A program made the position numbers and the translations under genes. Under the pieces are notes generated by a model, which saw nothing but the letters and a program-made list of their open reading frames with translations, made no database searches and was not told the origin of the DNA. A stretch of DNA of 50,538 nucleotides from contig JAICHS010000001.1 of assembly GCA_025924775.1 (NCBI GenBank), positions 1 through 50,538 of the forward strand, in the 5' to 3' direction. The stretch's first letter is position 1; each line of letters starts with the position of its first letter. The stretch is from Rhodanobacteraceae bacterium. Its GTDB lineage: Bacteria > Pseudomonadota > Gammaproteobacteria > Xanthomonadales > Rhodanobacteraceae. Below are positions 18,862 through 28,936 of this stretch, piece by piece.

Positions 18862-21141
18862 ATGAATGCCGTCAAGACTCCCATTCCCGCTCGCCAGAAG
18901 GGTTTCAACCGCGCCGAAATCGTCGATACGAACTTCGCTGAATTCGTGCGGGCGTGGCACGGCGATGCCCACGCGCGGCCGCGCGACGAGGCGCCGGTGC
19001 TGCCGGGCAGTGCGTGCACGGCGCGGGATTTTCGCGAGTTGCTGGAATCGCAGTTGATCTCGCGGCACCTGGATTTGATGGCGCGCGTGCTGCGCGTCCA
19101 GAACAAGGTGTTCTACACGATCGGCTCGTCGGGCCACGAAGGCAACGCGATGGTGGCGCGGCTGACGCGGCATACCGACCCGGCGTTCCTGCACTACCGC
19201 TCGGGCGCGTTCATGGCCGAGCGCTTCCGCAAGTTGCCGGGTATGGATCCGGTGATGGATTCCGCGCTGTCGTTCGCGGCCAGCAGCGAAGACCCGGCTT
19301 CCGGCGGTCGCCACAAGGTGTGGGGCAGCAAGCCGCTCTGGGTGTTGCCGCAGACTTCGACGATCGCTTCGCACTTGCCGAAGGCCCTGGGTACCGCGAT
19401 CGCGATCGAACAGGCGCAGCGCATCCACCACGCGTTGCCGGTGCCGGACGACTCCATCGTGATCTGTTCGTTCGGCGATGCATCCAGCAACCACGCGACC
19501 GCGCAGACCGCGTTCAACGCGGCCGGCTGGACGGCTTACCAGCGCCTGCCGGCGCCGGTGCTGTTCGTGTGCGAGGACAACGGCATCGGCATTTCGGTGA
19601 AGACGCCGTCGGGCTGGATCGCCCGCAATTTCGCCGGCCGCAAGGATCTGGACTACTTCTTTGCCGACGGACTCGATCTTGCCGAAGGTTATGCCGGGGT
19701 GCAGCGCGCGGTCGAACATTGCCGCACGACGCGCCGCCCGACCTTCCTGCACCTCAAGACCACGCGCCTGACCGGCCACGCCGGCACCGACTTCGAAATC
19801 GAGTGGCGCAGCTTCGAGGAACTGATGGCACTGGAGGCAACCGATCCGCTGCTGCGTTCGGCGTCGATCGCGCTGGAATCGGGCCTGTACACCCGGGCTG
19901 CATTGCTCGAGCTTTACGAAGCCACCCGCAAGCGCTGTTTCGATGCGGCCGAAGTCGCGGACCACCGGCCGAAACTCGCGTCGCTGCCGGAGGTGATGCG
20001 ACCGTTGGCGCCCTACACCCCGAAGGCGGTGCGTGCCGAGGCCGAACGCGCCGATTACGCCGACCGCCGCGCCGCGGCATTCGGCGGTGCGGACAAGTTG
20101 CCTGAAAGCCTGCCGCCACGGCACCTCGCGTTGCAGATCAATGCGGCGCTGCATGACTTCCTGGCCAAGTACCCCGAGTCACTGGTGTTCGGCGAGGACG
20201 TGGCGCAAAAGGGCGGCGTGTATACCGTTACGAAAGGCCTGTACAAGGCGTTCAAGGGCGCGCGCGTGTTCAACACGCTGCTGGACGAGACGACGATCCT
20301 GGGTCTGGCCCAGGGCTACGCCAACATGGGGATGTTGCCGATTCCGGAAATCCAGTACCTCGCGTACTTCCACAACGCCTGCGACCAGATCCGCGGCGAG
20401 GCGGCGTCGCTGCAGTTCTTCTCTAACGACCAGTACCGCAATCCGTTGCTGGTACGCATCGCGGCGCTGGGCTACCAGAAAGGCTTTGGCGGACACTTCC
20501 ACAACGACAACTCGATCGCCGCGTTGCGCGACGTCCCGGGCCTCGTGGTCGGGTGCCCGTCGCGCGGCGACGATGCCGCGACGATGCTGCGTACGCTGGC
20601 CGCGCTGGCCAGGGTCGATGGCCGCGTGTGCGCGTTCCTGGAACCCATCGCGCTGTACATGACGAAAGACCTGTACGCGCACGGCGATGGCCAGTGGCAG
20701 TTCGCGTACCCCGCGCCGGGCGCAGCGATGCCGCTGGGCGAGGGCCGCGTGTACAACCCGAAGGCCCGGGACCTGGTGATCTTCACCTTCGGCAATGGCG
20801 TGCCGATGGCCTTGCGCGCCGCGCGTGAAATCGAGCAACGCCACAAGTGGAAGGTGCGCGTGGTGGACTTGCGCTGGCTCGTGCCGCTCAACGACCCCTT
20901 CATCGTCGCCGAGGCGAAGACCGCCAAGCGCATCATCGTGCTGGACGAAGGCCGCAAGAGCGCGGGCGTGGGCGAGGGCATCATTACCGCGATCGTCGAA
21001 GGCGGCCTGGGCGCCACGCCCGTCGCGCGCGTGGTCGGGGCGGATACGTACACGCCGCTTGCGGGCGCCGCGCTGCTGGTGTTGCCAGGCGATGCCGACG
21101 TGGTGGCTGCCGCCGACAAGTTGTCGGGACGCGGGGCGTGA
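18862..21141 (+). CDS. TPP-dependent 2-oxoacid dehydrogenase E1 component, fused alpha/beta subunits
   Basis: 759 aa. N-terminal alpha-like (GSSGHEGNAMVA, ICSFGDASSNHATAQTAFNAA, LFVCEDNGIGISV). C-terminal beta/transketolase-like (VFGEDVAQKGGVYTVTKGL, RVFNTLLDETTILGLAQG, VVDLRWLVPLN). No E2 or E3 gene is adjacent. Confidence 0.85.
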   Translation: MNAVKTPIPARQKGFNRAEIVDTNFAEFVRAWHGDAHARPRDEAPVLPGSACTARDFRELLESQLISRHLDLMARVLRVQNKVFYTIGSSGHEGNAMVARLTRHTDPAFLHYRSGAFMAERFRKLPGMDPVMDSALSFAASSEDPASGGRHKVWGSKPLWVLPQTSTIASHLPKALGTAIAIEQAQRIHHALPVPDDSIVICSFGDASSNHATAQTAFNAAGWTAYQRLPAPVLFVCEDNGIGISVKTPSGWIARNFAGRKDLDYFFADGLDLAEGYAGVQRAVEHCRTTRRPTFLHLKTTRLTGHAGTDFEIEWRSFEELMALEATDPLLRSASIALESGLYTRAALLELYEATRKRCFDAAEVADHRPKLASLPEVMRPLAPYTPKAVRAEAERADYADRRAAAFGGADKLPESLPPRHLALQINAALHDFLAKYPESLVFGEDVAQKGGVYTVTKGLYKAFKGARVFNTLLDETTILGLAQGYANMGMLPIPEIQYLAYFHNACDQIRGEAASLQFFSNDQYRNPLLVRIAALGYQKGFGGHFHNDNSIAALRDVPGLVVGCPSRGDDAATMLRTLAALARVDGRVCAFLEPIALYMTKDLYAHGDGQWQFAYPAPGAAMPLGEGRVYNPKARDLVIFTFGNGVPMALRAAREIEQRHKWKVRVVDLRWLVPLNDPFIVAEAKTAKRIIVLDEGRKSAGVGEGIITAIVEGGLGATPVARVVGADTYTPLAGAALLVLPGDADVVAAADKLSGRGA

Positions 21142-21154
21142 CGCGCACGCACTG

Positions 21155-21343
21155 ATGAAACTGGCCGGCGTTGTGGCGCTGTGCGCGGCGACCGTCGCGT
21201 GTTCGAACAACCGGGGGGTGCGCCAGGCGCGAGTGTCCCGCCGGGGCTACGTCGAGCCCGCCACCAGCGACATCGGCGATCCCGATGCAGGCGTCGGGCG
21301 CGGGTGCCTCTGCCGCCGGGCGGGTGCCGTCGCCGCCGGCTGA
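21155..21343 (+). CDS. Possible small lipoprotein (lipobox only; body uncertain, possibly frameshifted)
   Basis: ATG 21155 gives MKLAGVVALCAATVAC|SNN, a good lipobox. The remaining 43 codons are Arg-rich. A different frame (to 21473) reads more protein-like (PSPPAEAPSLAISVQRPGFAQAFADMDGAAALPAWLQPADAS). Confidence 0.3.
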   Translation: MKLAGVVALCAATVACSNNRGVRQARVSRRGYVEPATSDIGDPDAGVGRGCLCRRAGAVAAG

Positions 21344-21626
21344 AGCTCCGTCGCTGGCGATCAGCGTGCAGCGCCCCGGTTTTGCGCAGGCATTCGCGGA
21401 CATGGACGGCGCAGCCGCATTGCCGGCGTGGTTGCAGCCGGCGGACGCCTCGCAGCCTTCCACCCGGGTGTAGCCGGATGACCGGATGCTGTGGCTCTCG
21501 CGCGTCGGTGCCGCGGGGCTGACCCGGGCGGCACGCGTAGGCAACAGGTCATGCAGACGGCGCGGTCGCGGGCTGCGATAATGTGCCGTCGGGTCGTGCG
21601 TATTCACGCGTGTCGTCCGATGTGAC

Positions 21627-22928
21627 TTGATGACCGCAGACGGAATGAATGTGAACGCAAGCACGCCGGATGCCGATGGCACCGCGCCGACCGTCGAAAC
21701 CACGAGCCGACCCGAAGCCCACACCCATCTGCCCACGCGCTACAGCGTGATCGGCGCGGTCAGCTTCGTGCACATGTTGAACGACATGATGCAGTCGGTG
21801 ATCGTGACGATCTATCCGCTGCTGAAGCACGAGTTTGCCCTCAGCTTCGTCCAGATCGGCCTGATCACGCTGACCTTCCAGTTGACGGCCTCGCTGCTGC
21901 AGCCGGTGGTCGGGATCGTCACCGACAAGAAGCCGTTGCCGTTCTCGCTGCCCATCGGCATGTGCTTCACCCTGTGCGGCCTGCTACTGCTATCGGTGGC
22001 GCCGTCGTATCCGATCCTGTTGCTGTCGGTCGCGCTGATCGGCTGCGGCTCGTCGGTGTTCCACCCGGAATCCTCGCGCGTGGCGCGCATGGCATCCGGG
22101 GGGCGCTATGGCCTCGCCCAATCGCTGTTCCAGATCGGCGGCAACACCGGCCAGGCGCTGGGGCCGTTGCTGGCCGCGGTGATCGTGCTGAAGCAGGGTC
22201 GCCCCGAGGCCGCGTGGTTCGGGCTGGCGGCGCTGCTGGCGATCGTCGTGCTGCTGCAGGTAAGCCGCTGGTACCGTGGCCACATCAACGAACGCGTCCG
22301 CAAGCGCGTGGCCACTGACCGACCGCTGTTCCCGGCGCACGTGGTGCGCCGCACGGTTGGCATCCTGTTCGCGCTGATGTTCTCGAAGTTTTTCTATCTC
22401 GCCAGCATCAGCAGCTACTACGAATTCTTCCTGATCCACCGCTTTGGCTTGTCGGTGCACGTGTCCGCGAACCTGCTGGCGGTATTCCTGTTCGCGGTCG
22501 CCATCGGCACCATGATCGGCGGGCCCCTGGGCGACCGCATCGGCCGCCGCCGGGTGATCTGGTTTTCGATCCTCGGCTGCGCGCCGTTCACGCTGGTGCT
22601 GCCGTACGTGGGGCTGGGCTGGACGGTGGGCCTGTCTGTGGTGATCGGGCTGATCCTGGCGTCGGCTTTCCCGGCCATCATCGTGTACGCACAGGACATG
22701 CTCACCCATCGCATCGGCATGGTGTCGGGGCTGTTCTACGGTTTCAGCTTCGGCCTGGGTGGCCTGGGTGCTGCGGTGCTGGGCCTGATCGCCGACCACT
22801 TCGGCATCGTGTTCGTCTACCAGGTCTGCGCGTTCCTGCCGCTGCTCGGGCTGCTTGCGGTATTCCTGCCCGACGTGCGCCCACCCGACCAGCAGCAATC
22901 GGTGGCCGCGGCGCCCGCCCACGGCTGA
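21627..22928 (+). CDS. fsr: MFS transporter, fosmidomycin resistance protein (Fsr) family
   Basis: 433 aa. It is collinear with E. coli Fsr as I recall it: HMLNDMMQSVIVTIYPLLKHEFALSFVQIGLITLTFQLTASLLQPVVG, LPIGMCFTL, GSSVFHPESSRVARMASGGRYGLAQSLFQIGGN, FSKFFYLASISSYYEFFL, ILASAFPAIIVYAQ and GAAVLGLIADHFGI..VYQVCAFLPLLGLL. Start may be ATG 21627, 21630 or 21645. Confidence 0.85.
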   Translation: MMTADGMNVNASTPDADGTAPTVETTSRPEAHTHLPTRYSVIGAVSFVHMLNDMMQSVIVTIYPLLKHEFALSFVQIGLITLTFQLTASLLQPVVGIVTDKKPLPFSLPIGMCFTLCGLLLLSVAPSYPILLLSVALIGCGSSVFHPESSRVARMASGGRYGLAQSLFQIGGNTGQALGPLLAAVIVLKQGRPEAAWFGLAALLAIVVLLQVSRWYRGHINERVRKRVATDRPLFPAHVVRRTVGILFALMFSKFFYLASISSYYEFFLIHRFGLSVHVSANLLAVFLFAVAIGTMIGGPLGDRIGRRRVIWFSILGCAPFTLVLPYVGLGWTVGLSVVIGLILASAFPAIIVYAQDMLTHRIGMVSGLFYGFSFGLGGLGAAVLGLIADHFGIVFVYQVCAFLPLLGLLAVFLPDVRPPDQQQSVAAAPAHG

Positions 22929-23104
22929 ACTTGCCGGACGGCGGGCGGCGGGTCGCGCCTTATTTGCCGGCGTTGCAAAGCCGGAACTCCAGCGTGGCGC
23001 GCACGGTCTGAATTGCCGCGGGCGACAGCGTGGCGGCAACGCCGCGTACCCGCTAAAGTTGCCGGGAAATCACCCCGCATTCCACGGATCCAGAGAGAAC
23101 ACCC

Positions 23105-23869
23105 ATGGCCCTGCGTACCAACAACCCCGTGCTGCGCGACAAGACCTTCCAGAATCTCGCCGCCACGTCCGGCGAGCCGATGACCGTCAATGGCACCATC
23201 GCACGTACCGGCCTGCTGCTGGTGCTGATGCTGATCACCGGTGCGTGGACGTGGCATCGTTTCATGCTGGCCGGCGGCACCCTGAACCCGGCTGCGGGCA
23301 TGGCCGCGGTGCAGCCGTTCCTGTGGGGCGGCATGATCGTCGGCTTCATCCTCGCGTTGGCGAGCGCATTCAAGCCCACCTGGTCGCCCGTGACCGCACC
23401 CCTGTACGCGTTGGCGGAAGGCACCTTCCTGGGCGGCATTTCGGCGATGTTCGAGGTGCAATACCACGGCATCGTGCTGCAGGCGATCATGGCTTCGGTC
23501 GGCGTGCTGGTGGTGATGCTGGTGCTGTATCGCAGCGGCATCATCAAGGTTACCCAGAAGTTCCGGATGGGTGTATTTGCCGCGACCGGCGGGATCCTTT
23601 TGTTGTACCTGGTGTCGTGGGGGCTGTCCGCGTTCACCAGCGTCAACACTTCGATCTTGTTCGGTGGTGGCACCCTCAGCATCTTGATCAGCGTCTTCGT
23701 GGTGTGCATTGCAGCGTTGAACCTGGTGCTGGATTTCGACTTGATCGAACGCGGCGTGGCGCAGGGCGCACCCCGGTACATGGAGTGGTACTGCGCGTTC
23801 GCATTGATGGTGACGCTGGTGTGGCTGTACCTGGAATTGCTGCGCTTGCTGGGCAATTCGCGCCGCTGA
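23105..23869 (+). CDS. Bax inhibitor-1-like / YccA-related integral membrane protein
   Basis: 254 aa. MALRTNNPVLRDKTF N-terminus followed by about 7 hydrophobic helices. Resembles the BaxI_1 family from memory. Confidence 0.7.
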   Translation: MALRTNNPVLRDKTFQNLAATSGEPMTVNGTIARTGLLLVLMLITGAWTWHRFMLAGGTLNPAAGMAAVQPFLWGGMIVGFILALASAFKPTWSPVTAPLYALAEGTFLGGISAMFEVQYHGIVLQAIMASVGVLVVMLVLYRSGIIKVTQKFRMGVFAATGGILLLYLVSWGLSAFTSVNTSILFGGGTLSILISVFVVCIAALNLVLDFDLIERGVAQGAPRYMEWYCAFALMVTLVWLYLELLRLLGNSRR

Positions 23870-23892
23870 CGCCGGCGCGACGCCCGCCGCGG

Positions 23893-24945
23893 TCAGGCCG
23901 CGCCGATGACCCGCGGCTCGGGCTCCAGCTCGATGCCGAAGCGCTGGCGCACGCCCGCGCGGATCCGTTGGGCAAAAGCCCATAGTTGCGGGCCGGTGGC
24001 GTGGCCGTGGTTGACCAGCACCAGGGCGTGCCGGTTCGAAATGCCCGCATCGCCTTCGCGCAAGCCTTTGAATCCACACGCATCGATCAGCCATGCCGCA
24101 GACAGTTTCGAGGTGCTGCCGGCGGCCGGCCAGCAGGGCAACAACGGGTGCTCGGCACGCAGTGCGTCGGCTTGCGCGGCGGGTACCAGCGGATTCTTGA
24201 AGAAGCTGCCGGCATTGCCGATGACGTTGGGGTCGGGCAATTTGCGGGTGCGCAGATTCACCACGGCGTCGGCGACGTGGAAGGGCGCGGGCCGGTCGAT
24301 GCCCATGCGCTGAAGTTCGTCGCGCACCCCCGTGTATTCGACGCGCGGCGTCCACACGTGTGGTAGCCGCAGCGTGACGGCCGTGATCAGCCAGCGGTCG
24401 GGGTGGTGCTTGAACAGGGAGTCGCGGTAGCCGAATTCGCATGCGGCATGGCTGAAGCTGGTGAAACGCCGGTCGCGCAGGTCGAACGCGTCCACCGACT
24501 CGATGAACTCGCCGGCCTCCACGCCGTACGCGCCGATGTTTTGCATGGGCGCGGCACCCACGGTGCCGGGAATCAGGATCAGGTTTTCTAACCCCGGGTG
24601 GCCCTGCGCGAGCGTCCAGCGCACGCAGTCGTCCCAGCGTTCACCGGCCGCGACGCGTATCCGCGTGACGGTGCCATCGTCCTCGAGGTCTTCCACGCCG
24701 CGGGTCGCAAGCGTCACCACCGCCCCGTCGAAGTCGCCCGCGAACAGCACGTTCGAACCTTCGCCCAGCAGCAATGTCGGGCGTCCGCGCAGCGCGGGAA
24801 GCGCCAACAGTTCGGGAATCGTCGCGACATCGTAAACATCGGCCAGCAGCGCCGCGTGCGCCGCGACCCGTAAGGTGTTGCGGTGGAGCAGCGATGCGTT
24901 TTCGGTGAGCAGGTAACCGGCGGCGCCAGGTTGGTCATTCGTCAT
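23893..24945 (-). CDS. murB: UDP-N-acetylenolpyruvoylglucosamine reductase MurB
   Basis: 350 aa. [47 protein letters not shown] and [13 protein letters not shown] are MurB blocks. Confidence 0.9.
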   Translation of the reverse strand: MTNDQPGAAGYLLTENASLLHRNTLRVAAHAALLADVYDVATIPELLALPALRGRPTLLLGEGSNVLFAGDFDGAVVTLATRGVEDLEDDGTVTRIRVAAGERWDDCVRWTLAQGHPGLENLILIPGTVGAAPMQNIGAYGVEAGEFIESVDAFDLRDRRFTSFSHAACEFGYRDSLFKHHPDRWLITAVTLRLPHVWTPRVEYTGVRDELQRMGIDRPAPFHVADAVVNLRTRKLPDPNVIGNAGSFFKNPLVPAAQADALRAEHPLLPCWPAAGSTSKLSAAWLIDACGFKGLREGDAGISNRHALVLVNHGHATGPQLWAFAQRIRAGVRQRFGIELEPEPRVIGAA

Positions 24946-25975
24946 GCGCCGCGCCCCGCTGTCGCCTGATTTCCTCGACGCATTCTGTCAGCAGCCAAGG
25001 GCCGCGGTAGATCAGGCCGGAATAGATCTGCACCAGTGTCGCACCGGCCGCCAGCTTGTCGGCCGCATCGCTGCCCGCCAGCACCCCGCCCACGCCGACC
25101 AGTGGAATCGCGCCGCCCAGCCGCTGTGCCATGCCGCGCAGCACCGCGGTGGATTTTTCGAACAGGGGTTTGCCGGACAGGCCGCCGGGTTCGCCGGCGT
25201 TGGCCGCGCCGGCGACGGCCTCGCGATCGATCGTGGTATTGGTGCAGATCAGGCCATCGACGCCGGAACCCGCCAGCGCTGCCGCGATCGCGTCCATCTG
25301 CGCGGCGTCAAGGTCGGGCGCGATTTTCAGCAGCATCGGCTTGCGTGCGGCGTGCTGGCCCGACAGTCTTTCGCGCGCGTCCGCCAACTGCCCGATCAGG
25401 CGCCGCAGCGATTCGCCTTGCTGCAGGTCGCGCAGGCCCGGCGTGTTCGGCGACGAAACGTTGACCGTGATGTAGCCCGCCAGCGGATACACGCGTTCCA
25501 GGCATGCAAGGTAGTCGTCGGCGGCGCGCTCGTTGGGCGTGTCCTTGTTCTTGCCGATGTTGATGCCCAGCACGCCGCGCCAGTGCGATTGCTCGACGTT
25601 GCGCACCAGCGCGTCCACGCCATGGTTGTTGAAACCCATGCGGTTGATGATGGCCTCGTGGTCCGGCAGCCGAAACAGCCGGGGCCTGGGATTGCCCGGC
25701 TGCGGGCGCAGCGTGATCGTGCCGATTTCAATGAAGCCGAAACCCAGCGCACCCAGCGCATCGATGTGCGCACCGTCCTTGTCCAGTCCCGCCGCAAGCC
25801 CGACGGGGTTGGGAAAGTCGATGCCGAATGCACGCACCGGCAGGCCGGCGGGTGGCGGTTGCGCGACCAGGCGCATCAGGTTGCTGCGCTGGGCGACGCC
25901 CAATGCGTACAGCGTCAGGCCGTGCGCGGCTTCCGCGTCCAGCGCGAACAGCAGGGGTCGCAGCGTCGAATACAT
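24935..25975 (-). CDS. pyrD: Dihydroorotate dehydrogenase (quinone), class 2
   Basis: ORF 24935..26098 trimmed to ATG 25975 ([22 protein letters not shown]). [45 protein letters not shown] and GGLSGKPL are present. Confidence 0.9.
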   Translation of the reverse strand: MYSTLRPLLFALDAEAAHGLTLYALGVAQRSNLMRLVAQPPPAGLPVRAFGIDFPNPVGLAAGLDKDGAHIDALGALGFGFIEIGTITLRPQPGNPRPRLFRLPDHEAIINRMGFNNHGVDALVRNVEQSHWRGVLGINIGKNKDTPNERAADDYLACLERVYPLAGYITVNVSSPNTPGLRDLQQGESLRRLIGQLADARERLSGQHAARKPMLLKIAPDLDAAQMDAIAAALAGSGVDGLICTNTTIDREAVAGAANAGEPGGLSGKPLFEKSTAVLRGMAQRLGGAIPLVGVGGVLAGSDAADKLAAGATLVQIYSGLIYRGPWLLTECVEEIRRQRGAAHDE

Positions 25976-25979
25976 CCGC

Positions 25980-26264
25980 TCAGCGGAAACCATTGAACGC
26001 GAGTGCACCGAACACCAGCAGGACCACGAACGCGATCGCAATGATCGCGAACGCCAGCTGGATCCAGCCCAATACCAGGCCGGCCACGGCCAAGCCATCG
26101 CCTTCGATGCTGCCCGGCGGCGCGCGGCGGATTTCCGAGCGCGCCGAATGGCCGCAGATCACGGCGACCAGCGCGCCGACGAAGGGCAGGAAGACGTAGG
26201 CGAGGATGCCGAAGATCAGGCTGGCGACCGCCATGGAACTGGTGCGAGGGTAGACGGTGTTCAT
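25980..26264 (-). CDS. Small membrane protein, DUF4190-like
   Basis: 94 aa with hydrophobic helices ([31 protein letters not shown] ... [30 protein letters not shown]). 4 nt upstream of pyrD. Confidence 0.6.
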   Translation of the reverse strand: MNTVYPRTSSMAVASLIFGILAYVFLPFVGALVAVICGHSARSEIRRAPPGSIEGDGLAVAGLVLGWIQLAFAIIAIAFVVLLVFGALAFNGFR

Positions 26265-26328
26265 GGTGGCGCCACTCCGGCTTCGGCCGGCCTATGTTCT
26301 CACGCCACGGCGGCCGTCGCAGCGGATT

Positions 26329-27096
26329 TCAGAAGCGCAGTGATTGTCCGCCATCCACCGCCACGATCTGGCCGGTGATCCAGCCCGCAAGCGGCGAGGC
26401 GATGAACAACGCCAGGTTGGCGACTTCCGCCGGCGTACCGAAGCGCCCGAAGGGAATCATGGCCAGCACCTTGGCGTACTGTTCGGGTTTTTCATGTTTG
26501 CAGCGATCCCACACGCCGTCGGGAAACTCGATGGAACCGGGCGCGATGGCGTTCACGCGGATGCGGTCGCCGGCCAGCGCCAGCGCCTGGGTGCGCGTGT
26601 AGTGGTTCAACGCGGCTTTCATCGCGGCGTAGGACGACCCCATCGTGCGCGGCCGGAAGGAGCCGATCGAACTGGTGTTGAGGATGCACGCGTGTTCGGA
26701 CCGCTTGAGGTGCGGCACCGCGAAGCGCGAGGCACGTACCGCGGCCATCAGGTCTACGTTGAAATCAGCCAGCCAGGATTCGTCGTCCTCGCGAAAGCCG
26801 TAGCCGGTGGCGTTGTTGACCAGCACGTCCAGGCCACCGAGCGCGGCGGCCGTGCCGGCGATCCAGGCTTCGATCTGATCGGGTTGCGCAAGGTCGCAAC
26901 GCTGCGTGTGCAGTCTGTCCGCATGCGCGTCCGCGTCGTGCCGCAGTGCGTCCAGGCCAGCCTGTCCGCGCGCGCACACCGCGACGCCCGCGCCCGCATC
27001 AAGGAATGCCAGGGCGATCGCGCGGCCGATGCCCTTGCTGCCGCCGGCGACGGCGATGCGGTAACCGCTGAAGTCAAAGGGGGTTGGGTCAGGCAT
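26329..27096 (-). CDS. Short-chain dehydrogenase/reductase (SDR)
   Basis: ORF 26329..27345 trimmed to ATG 27096 (MPDPTPFDFSGYRIAVAGGSKGIGRAIALAF). NNA, YAAMKAAL (YxxxK) and the C-terminal WITGQIVAVDGG are present. Confidence 0.8.
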   Translation of the reverse strand: MPDPTPFDFSGYRIAVAGGSKGIGRAIALAFLDAGAGVAVCARGQAGLDALRHDADAHADRLHTQRCDLAQPDQIEAWIAGTAAALGGLDVLVNNATGYGFREDDESWLADFNVDLMAAVRASRFAVPHLKRSEHACILNTSSIGSFRPRTMGSSYAAMKAALNHYTRTQALALAGDRIRVNAIAPGSIEFPDGVWDRCKHEKPEQYAKVLAMIPFGRFGTPAEVANLALFIASPLAGWITGQIVAVDGGQSLRF

Positions 27097-27119
27097 GACG
27101 TTGATCCCGCGTGCTCGAA

Positions 27120-27197
27120 CTCCCTCCCCCAAAGGCGATGAAGCCGCTTTGGGGAGAGGGGGCTGTGGATCCAGGGACTCGTGCTGTCCCCGGATCC
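27120..27197 (-). terminator. Two tandem strong stem-loops between the ALDH stop and the SDR start (terminator/REP-like; no clear U-run)
   Basis: Hairpin A spans 27167..27197: ggatccagggac / gtccccggatcc, a 12-bp stem with 1 mismatch and a 7-nt loop. Hairpin B spans 27120..27162: ctccctcccccaaag / ctttggggagaggggg, about 15 bp with one bulge and a 12-nt loop. Confidence 0.4.
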
Positions 27198-27199
27198 CG

Positions 27200-28732
27200 T
27201 CAGAGATCGAACTTGATGCCTTGCGCCAACGGCAGCGCGTCCGACCAGTTGATGGTGTTGGTCTGGCGACGCATGTAGGCCTTCCATGCGTCCGAGCCCG
27301 ACTCGCGACCGCCGCCGGTTTCCTTCTCGCCTCCGAACGCGCCACCGATCTCGGCGCCGGAGGTGCCGATGTTGACGTTGGAGATGCCGCAGTCGGAGCC
27401 CATGGATGATAAGTACTGCTCGGCCGACTTGAGGCTTTGCGTAAAGATCGCCGATGACAGGCCCTGCGGCACGTCGTTCTGCATGTGGATGGCGTCTTCC
27501 AGCGTCTTGAACGCCATCACGTACAGGATGGGCGCGAAGGTTTCGGTCTGCACGATCTCGTCGGCGTTCTGCACGCCGGTGATGATGGTGGGTTCGACGA
27601 AGTTGCCCTTGCCGTTCAGCACCGAGCCGCCGCTGACGACGCGTGCGCCGCTGCTTTTGGCCGTCTTGACGGCGGTGGCGAACTGGTCGACTGCGGCCTT
27701 GCTGTTGAGCGGACCCATCAAGGTGTCTGCGAGGGTGGGGTCGCCGATCTTCTTTTCGACCTGCTGGTAGGCGTGGCGCAGCTTGCCCAGCACGTCGTCG
27801 ATGATCGATTCGTGCACGAACAGCCGGCGCGTGGTGGTGCAGCGCTGGCCCGCGGTGCCGACCGCGCCGAACACGATGGCCGGGATCGCCAGCGACAGGT
27901 CGGCCGAGCGGTCCAGGATGATTGCGTTGTTACCACCCAGCTCCAGCAGCGAACGGCCCATGCGCGCGGCCACGCGCTCGCCGATGGCGCGCCCGACTTT
28001 GGTGGAGCCGGTGAAGCTGATCAGCGCGACGCGCTTGTCGTCCACGAACTTCTTCGCCAGCTCGGTACCGGCGTCGTTGAACAGATAGAAGATTTCCGGG
28101 AAACCGCCAGACTTCAGGGCCGCGTTGCAGATGCGCACGGCGGCAATCGCGGACAACGGTACCTTGGGTGACGGTTTCCAGATGCACACGTTGCCGCACA
28201 CGGCGGCGATGAAGGCATTCCAGCTCCACACCGCCACCGGGAAATTGAACGCGCTGATGATGCCGACGATGCCCAGCGGGTGCCACTGCTCGTACATGCG
28301 ATGGCCGGGGCGTTCGGAGTGCATCGACAGGCCGTACAGCATGCGCGACTGCCCGACCGCAAGGTCGGCGATGTCGATCATCTCCTGCACTTCGCCATCG
28401 CCTTCGGGCTTGATCTTGCCCATTTCCAGCGCGACCAGCGAGCCCAGCGCATCCTTGTGCTCGCGCAGCGCGCGCGCGCACAGGCGGATCGCCTCACCGC
28501 GCTTGGGCGCCGGAACGGCCCGCCACTCCGCGAACGTCTTCTCGGCGTTGCCGATGACGGTTTCGTAATCGGCATCGCTGGCGGCGTACACCTTCGCCAA
28601 CGGTTCGTTGGTGGCGGGGTTCAACGGCTCCAGCGCGCCTGCGGCGGTGGTTTTGGACCACTCATCGTTGCCGAGAAAGGTGCCGGAATTGGTGTCGGCC
28701 AGACCGAGTGCGGAAAGGATGGCGTGGGACAT
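27200..28732 (-). CDS. Aldehyde dehydrogenase, ALDH7 (aminoadipate-semialdehyde / piperideine-6-carboxylate dehydrogenase)-like
   Basis: ORF 27200..28759 trimmed to ATG 28732 ([11 protein letters not shown]...). [36 protein letters not shown] (antiquitin-type block), [15 protein letters not shown] and GQRCTT (catalytic Cys) are present. Confidence 0.8.
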   Translation of the reverse strand: MSHAILSALGLADTNSGTFLGNDEWSKTTAAGALEPLNPATNEPLAKVYAASDADYETVIGNAEKTFAEWRAVPAPKRGEAIRLCARALREHKDALGSLVALEMGKIKPEGDGEVQEMIDIADLAVGQSRMLYGLSMHSERPGHRMYEQWHPLGIVGIISAFNFPVAVWSWNAFIAAVCGNVCIWKPSPKVPLSAIAAVRICNAALKSGGFPEIFYLFNDAGTELAKKFVDDKRVALISFTGSTKVGRAIGERVAARMGRSLLELGGNNAIILDRSADLSLAIPAIVFGAVGTAGQRCTTTRRLFVHESIIDDVLGKLRHAYQQVEKKIGDPTLADTLMGPLNSKAAVDQFATAVKTAKSSGARVVSGGSVLNGKGNFVEPTIITGVQNADEIVQTETFAPILYVMAFKTLEDAIHMQNDVPQGLSSAIFTQSLKSAEQYLSSMGSDCGISNVNIGTSGAEIGGAFGGEKETGGGRESGSDAWKAYMRRQTNTINWSDALPLAQGIKFDL

Positions 28733-28936
28733 GCGGGCTCCATGATTCGTGCGTTGCAAGCAACGTGAAAGTAACTGCGCAGTTTAGCAGCGATGGCACC
28801 CCGTCGCCGATAGTCAGGCGGGCGCATCAAAGCGTGTGCGCGCAGTCCAATGGACGCGGCGGCGCGGTAATCCGGGATGACGGACAGAATCCGCGTCGTC
28901 ATGGTTGCCGCGCGGCGTGCGCAATGCCTGGGCGAT

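Noticed and set aside
18256-20154. 632-aa minus-strand ORF, one of the longest in the track
   Set aside because: It is exactly antisense to the well-supported fused E1 dehydrogenase gene. The translation is Arg/Ala/Pro/Gly-rich with no recognisable motif. This is a typical shadow ORF of GC-rich DNA.
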